Assembly: GCA_965203905.1 (NCBI GenBank)
Contig: CBDBDQ010000005.1
Location: forward strand, 6,880,001-6,944,000
Origin: Spirochaetia bacterium
GTDB taxonomy: Bacteria; Spirochaetota; Spirochaetia; SZUA-6; Bin103
Length of the DNA: 64,000 nucleotides
Reading direction: 5' to 3'
Shown: in pieces, positions 59,164 through 64,000 of the stretch
Layout: each line of letters opens with the position of its first letter
Position numbering within the stretch: the stretch's first letter is position 1
The notes under the pieces: model-generated
The model's database searches: none
Seen by the model: the letters and a program-made list of their open reading frames with translations, nothing else
Told to the model about the DNA's origin: nothing
Program-made: the position numbers and the translations under genes

Positions 59164-60952
59164 ATGAATGATGCGCTGACCCAGGACCTGCTCCGCATCG
59201 ACGGCCGACCCTACGGCCACTATCGCGACCTGCGCGGGCGCCGCTACCCGCTGGGGAGCGGCGTGCTGACCTTCGAGCACGTGCAGGGAGATCCGTTCGC
59301 GGCGCCGAGCCGGCTGCGGGTCGACCTGCCCGCGACCCTGCTGAGGCTGCCGGAGTGGGCGCGGAACGGCGGCGATGCGCGGCGCGCCGCGGCCGACTTT
59401 CTGCAGCGGGCGTTGCGGCCGGCGCTGGCGGGGGCGGGCGGCGGCGCCGGAAGCGGTCGCAGCGGACTGCTGGAGATCGCCCCCGCCGGCCAGGAGGTGC
59501 TGGACCGTACCGGGGTCGCGGTCGCTGCCGAGGGCGGCGCGCGGGTACGGCTGAGCGCCGGACTGCCGGCGGCGGGCCGGCGCATCCTGGGCCGCGCCGC
59601 CGCCGACCTCCTGACCCGGCGCCTCGACGCAGCGCTGCAGGACATCGCGCGGCGGCTGGACTTCGACCGCCTGCGCGCCCACGTGCAGGTGGTGGAGGAC
59701 CAGGTGGCGCTGCGCGCCCAGCTCCGCGAGCAGGGGCTGATCGCGTTTCTGGCCGACGGCAGCGTGCTGCCGCGCCGCAGCGGCGCCGACCCGCGTCCCC
59801 TCGACCGCGCCCGGCCGCTGCAGGCGCCGCCGGCACTGACGGTGGAGTTGCCGGCGCCACACGCCGGAACGCTGCGCGGCCTCGGTGTCCGCGCCGGGGT
59901 CACGCTGATCGTGGGCGGCGGCTACCACGGCAAGTCGACCCTGCTGCAGGCGCTGGCGCTCGGGGTCTACGATCACCTGCCCGGCGACGGCCGCGAGCGC
60001 TGCGTCTCCGCGGAGGACCTGGTGAGCGTGCGCGCCGAGGATGGCCGCTCGGTGCGCGGCGTGTGCCTGACGCCGTTCATCGGCGCCCTGCCGCTGGGAC
60101 GCGACACCGCCTTCTTCGACAGCGACGATGCCCTCCGGCAGCACCTCCCAGGCGGCGGCCATCGTGGAAGCGCTGGAGGCCGGCGCCACCGGGCTGCTGA
60201 TCGACGAGGACACGGCGGCCACCAACTTCATGATCCGCGACGCGCGCATGCGCCGCCTGGTGCCGGGCGAGCAGGAACCGATCACGCCCTTCATCGACCG
60301 CGTACGGCAGCTTTGGGAGGAGCGCGGCGTGTCGTCGGTGCTGGTGGTGGGCGGCGCCGGCGACTACCTGGACGTCGCCGACAGCGTCATCCGCATGGAC
60401 GCCTACCAGCCCGGCGACGTGACGGCGCAGGCGCGCGCAGTCGCCGCCGCGCAACCGCTGGGGGATGCGGCGCCGCGCGCCCCGGGGGCCTGGCCGCCGG
60501 GTGCCCCGCGGGTGCCGTTGCGGGAGAGCCTCGACGCGCGCCGCGGCCGGCGGCCGGAACGGGTGCGCGCCGTGAAGACGCGGGCCATCGAGTTCGGGCA
60601 GGAGGAGATCGACGTCAGCCTGCTGTACCAGCTGGTGGACGCGGCGCAGTGCCGCATGATCGGCGACCTGCTGCTGCGGCTCGCGCGCGGCCTGTGCGAC
60701 GGCCGCCGCGACCTGCCCGGTATCCTCGCGGCGCTCGACGCCGACCTGCAGGCGCACGGCCTCGACTCCCTGGCGCAGGCCGGCTTCGGCGACCGGGCGC
60801 GGCCGCGGCGCTTCGAGGTCGCCGCCGCGCTCAACCGCCTGCGCAGCCTGCGGGTGGCCGGCCCCCGCGGCGGCGGCGACCGCTACCGCGGCACGGCCGG
60901 ATCCCAGCCGGAAGCCATGCCGAAGCGCTCCCGCAGGCGGTCGCCGCGGTAG
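59164..60952 (+). CDS. ABC-ATPase-domain P-loop protein (apparent +1 frameshift at 60131-60133)
   Basis: HVQGDPFAAPS, FLADGSVLPR.SG, GGGYHGKSTLL, RAEDGR, then DA/SGSTSQAA, IDEDTAATNFMIRD, EPITPF. Confidence 0.88.
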
Positions 60953-61389
60953 GCGAAGATGCGGCGCAGGTCGCGGGCCACCAGCAGCCGGTTGACCAGG
61001 CGCCCGCCGGGGACCGCGTAGTCCACCCGGTCGCTGGCCAGCACCACCGGCTCCCGTCCTTCCCGATCCTCCACCGTGAACCGGTGCTCGTGGATCCAGA
61101 CGCGGTACGGCCCGCGGCGCTGCTCGTCGACGAAGCGGTGGGGCGGCTCCCAGGCGGTGATCTCGCTCTGCCAGCGGATCGGCATCCCACGCAGCCGCAG
61201 GCGGTAGTCGATGCGGGTCCCGACGGCCATCGCCAGCGGCAGTGGGCTCAGGATCCGGAAGTGCAGCCACGCCGGCGTCAGCAGCTCCAGGTTGGCGGCG
61301 TCGGCAAAGAACGCGAAGACCTCCTCCAGTGGGGCGGCGAGTCGGACGCCACTGTGAATCCGATGCAGGTGCGGCGCGCGGCCGGTCAT
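60883..61389 (-). CDS. SRPBCC family protein
   Basis: EVFAFF....NL..LTP, FVDEQRRGPY..W.HEH.F. Confidence 0.88.
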   Translation of the reverse strand: MTGRAPHLHRIHSGVRLAAPLEEVFAFFADAANLELLTPAWLHFRILSPLPLAMAVGTRIDYRLRLRGMPIRWQSEITAWEPPHRFVDEQRRGPYRVWIHEHRFTVEDREGREPVVLASDRVDYAVPGGRLVNRLLVARDLRRIFAYRGDRLRERFGMASGWDPAVPR

Positions 61390-61648
61390 CGCTGCCGATC
61401 ACACGGGAACCGGTGCCGCCGTGTCAACGCCGCGCCCCGAATCGGGGCGACCCCGTTTTGGCAAGTGGCCACTGGGACCGTCCGCGGATGACACGGCCCG
61501 GCAGCAGTCGAGCACGGCCGCCCGAGTTCGTCCCTCCAGGCAGGCAAAACCGTGCCAAGTCCGGGGGTATGCAAGCAGGTAGCTGTCAGACAAGCGGTAA
61601 CTGAATCAGCGAGAAACCCGCCTCACCGGTGGCTCATCGCTGACTCCA

Positions 61649-61667
61649 GTTGTCATTTACTGATAAC
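61649..61667. promoter_or_regulatory. Imperfect palindrome, likely operator of the downstream TA pair
   Basis: GTTGTCA-tttac-TGATAAC overlapping a TAACCT -10-like box. Confidence 0.5.
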
Positions 61668-61674
61668 CTGATTG

Positions 61675-62045
61675 ATGCCGATGCCCGACCGCGATCCCGG
61701 ACTCGACACGCTGCTCGACCTTCACGGCCAGACGCTATTCGTGGATGAGGCCGGACACTGGGTGAAGTTCATAGTGCATCGAACAGACGTGACCGCGGAA
61801 CACCCTCACGGGCTCAGCTATTCGCTGACGCTGCATGCCCCGGACGGCGAACGGCTGGTCGGGTTCGACAATGCGCACCCAGTCAGGCGTCGGCGAGGCC
61901 CGGAACGCCGGCGCCGGAGGGAGCGCGACCATCGGCATCGCCTGCGGACGATCCGGCCCTACGAGTACCGGGACGCGGCACACTTCTTGAGGACTTCTGG
62001 AACGAAGTGGACGGCGTTCTGAAGGAGAGGAGATTGATGCCATGA
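61675..62045 (+). CDS. DUF6516 (TumE-like) putative toxin; apparent frameshift near 61980
   Basis: PHGLSYSLTLH...RLVGFDNAH, DHRH; tail LLEDFWNEVD..LKE continues in another frame to an ATGA overlap. Confidence 0.75.
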
Positions 62046-62437
62046 AGACGCTGAAGATCGGCATTGCCAGCTATGACCGGATGAAGGCGCGCTCGCTTGC
62101 GATCGCGCGCGGCGAGCACAAACCTGCCAGGGGCGAGCCGCTGGTCTGGTTCACGTCCGTCGAGAGCTTCGCGAAGGTGCTCTCGCAACGTAATCGCGAG
62201 CTGCTGGCAACGATCGCCCGGGAGCAGCCCGGCTCGCTCACTGAGCTGGCTGAACTCGCCGGACGAAACAAGTCCAACCTGTCGCGGACTCTGAAGACAA
62301 TGGCGCGCTACGGACTCGTGGAGTTGCACCAGGGGGCGCACGGCGCCTTGGTGCCGCGGGTGGCGTACGATCACGTGAGCCTCGACCTTTCCTTGACTCC
62401 GGGTCTGCGACCGGGAGCGGCACTCCACACTCGATAA
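62042..62437 (+). CDS. Winged-HTH putative antitoxin/regulator
   Basis: LKIGIAS, WFTSVES.AKVLS..N..LL, SLTELA...GR.KSNLSRTL. Confidence 0.85.
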   Translation: MKTLKIGIASYDRMKARSLAIARGEHKPARGEPLVWFTSVESFAKVLSQRNRELLATIAREQPGSLTELAELAGRNKSNLSRTLKTMARYGLVELHQGAHGALVPRVAYDHVSLDLSLTPGLRPGAALHTR

Positions 62438-62611
62438 CTGCCGGATGCGCTCGCCCAGTTTGCCGGGCATGCAGCAACTCGGCATTCACGTCCGCTGTAT
62501 ATGACGTGATGAGTTCTTGGCTCGGAGGGACGTGAGCAGGTGTCACCCCATGACCGTGCCACAGAATGGGGTCGCCTCCCCGAATCCCCGCCGCACGCGC
62601 TACCCTGAGCC

Positions 62612-63334
62612 ATGGGCAAGGACGACTCGCTGCTCCGCGAGCAGGTGGAGTACTACCGCCGGCGCGCGCCCGAGTACGACGACTGGTTTCACCAGCGCGG
62701 GCGCTACGACGAAGGCGAAGGCAGGCGCCGGGAGTGGCGCGCCGAGAACGCGCGCGCCGATGCCGTCCTGCGTGCGCTGGGTCCGGTCGATGCGGTACTG
62801 GAGCTGGCCGCCGGCACCGGGCTCTGGAGCGAACGCCTGCTGCAGCAGGCGCGCCGGCTCACCCTCGTGGATGCCTCGCCGGAGGCGCTGAAGCTGGCGT
62901 TGCGGCGGCTGCGCCACGATCCGCGGGTGAGCGTCGAAGTGGCCGACCTTTTCGCCTACCGGGCCGCCCGGTGCTACGACCTGGTCGCGTTCACGTTCTG
63001 GCTGTCGCACGTGCCGCCGGCGCGACTGTCCGGTTTCTTCGCGCTGCTGCGGCGCAGCCTGCGCCCGAACGGAGTGTTGTTCGCCATCGACCAGCGCGCC
63101 GCGCGCGGCAAGCAGACCGCCGCCGACCACCTGCAGGAGCGCAGTCTCGACGACGGCCGCAGCTTCCGCATCGTCAAGATCTACTACGGCAAACGGGAGC
63201 TGGAGTCGCTGTTCGCCGAACATGGCTTCCAGGTCCAGGTAACCCTCACGCCCACGCTCTGGGTAGCAACCGCGCGGCGCCACCGCGAAGGGAGTTCTGC
63301 TACAGTTCGCGGACCAGGGGAGGAGCGAGCGTGA
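62612..63334 (+). CDS. Class I SAM-dependent methyltransferase
   Basis: YY..RA.EYD, VLELAAGTG.W, FWLSHVP. Confidence 0.9.
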   Translation: MGKDDSLLREQVEYYRRRAPEYDDWFHQRGRYDEGEGRRREWRAENARADAVLRALGPVDAVLELAAGTGLWSERLLQQARRLTLVDASPEALKLALRRLRHDPRVSVEVADLFAYRAARCYDLVAFTFWLSHVPPARLSGFFALLRRSLRPNGVLFAIDQRAARGKQTAADHLQERSLDDGRSFRIVKIYYGKRELESLFAEHGFQVQVTLTPTLWVATARRHREGSSATVRGPGEERA

Positions 63335-64000
63335 ACTCGACCAACATCGTCTTTACGGGCAGGCAGCAGGCGGAGCTGCGCAGCGAGCCGGTGCCGGAGC
63401 TGCCGGCCGACGGCGTGGCGGTACGCACCACGGTGAGCCTGATCAGCTCCGGCACCGAGACCATCTGCTACCGCGGCGAGTCCGACTCCGGGTCCCACTG
63501 GCACCAATGGGTGCGGTACCCGTTCCATCCGGGTTACAGCAACGTCGGCTTGGTCGAGCAGACCGGGGCGGCGGTCTCCGGCTTCGCCGCCGGCGAGCGC
63601 GTATTCACCAGCTCCCACCATCACCAGGTCGCCATCACCAGGGGTGTGCCGGTGAAGATCCCGGATGCGGTCGGCGACGACTCGGCGGCGTGGTCGAAGC
63701 TCGCCACCATCGCCCAGACCGGGGTGCGCCGGGCCCAGCTCGCCATGGGCGCCACGGTGGTGATCATCGGCCTGGGACCGCTGGGCCAGCTCCTGAGCCA
63801 GTACGCGCGCGTGATGGGGGCGGAGAAGATCCTGGTGATCGACCCGCTGCCGGCGCGACTGGAGGTGGCCCGCGCCCACGGCGCCACCCACGAGTTCGCC
63901 GGCAGCGCGGGCGACGCCCTGCCGTTCGTGGAGGAGCACACCCGCGGCAACCGCGCCGACGTGGTGTTCGAGGCTACCGGCCATCCCCCGGTGCTGCCGC
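63331..64000 (+). CDS. Zinc-binding-type alcohol dehydrogenase (3' end outside window)
   Basis: Manual translation from GTG 63331: SLISSGTE, YPFHPGYSNVG, IIGLGPLG, DVVFEATG; GGAGGAG RBS. Confidence 0.88.
   Translation, partial: MNSTNIVFTGRQQAELRSEPVPELPADGVAVRTTVSLISSGTETICYRGESDSGSHWHQWVRYPFHPGYSNVGLVEQTGAAVSGFAAGERVFTSSHHHQVAITRGVPVKIPDAVGDDSAAWSKLATIAQTGVRRAQLAMGATVVIIGLGPLGQLLSQYARVMGAEKILVIDPLPARLEVARAHGATHEFAGSAGDALPFVEEHTRGNRADVVFEATGHPPVLP

Noticed and set aside
61540-61605. Sigma54 promoter (minus-strand TGGCACGGTTTTGC) or c-di-GMP-I riboswitch-like GGCAAAACC
   Set aside because: GG-to-GC spacing is one base short for sigma54, and the riboswitch stems and tetraloop could not be built
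562-63984. Numerous long alternative-frame and antisense ORFs (e.g. 3538-5592, 21605-23440, 26064-27926, 55608-57410)
   Set aside because: Arg/Ala/Pro/Gly-rich shadows of motif-supported genes, expected in high-GC DNA

Overview
High-GC bacterial DNA from an accessory, carbohydrate-scavenging region. The gene style (large family-5 solute-binding proteins with Ala/Glu-rich N-termini, DUF222/HNH genes, many toxin-antitoxin modules, an Ig-like repeat surface protein) suggests a host-associated, possibly sponge-symbiont Spirochaetota-like organism; this is inference only. Contents: three SBP+OppB+OppC cassettes with no ATPase genes, a fourth partial SBP, sulfatase, FGGY kinase, Gfo/Idh/MocA and Zn-type dehydrogenases, modABC, an ABC-F protein, an ECF sigma locus, two HNH genes and seven intact or decayed TA modules. 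The clearest unusual structure is a 2,591-bp IS66-family element (10961-13551; 21-bp imperfect inverted repeats, perfect 8-bp target duplication TCACGGTC). It lacks tnpA/tnpB and instead carries a DUF4338 (DruA-like, possibly Mom-like) gene whose stop codon lies inside the right inverted repeat. It splits a ~1,420-aa secreted protein of 11 Ig-like repeats. Also notable: a 266-bp direct repeat of the kinase 5' end bracketing an ECF sigma/repeat-protein islet, a MISRIR leader peptide before the ABC-F gene, repeated toxin stumps behind antitoxins, and recurrent leaderless-type starts. Several single-base frameshifts fall in G/C runs and may be sequencing errors. No rRNA, tRNA or CRISPR array was seen. 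All product calls are by motif recognition, without database searches.
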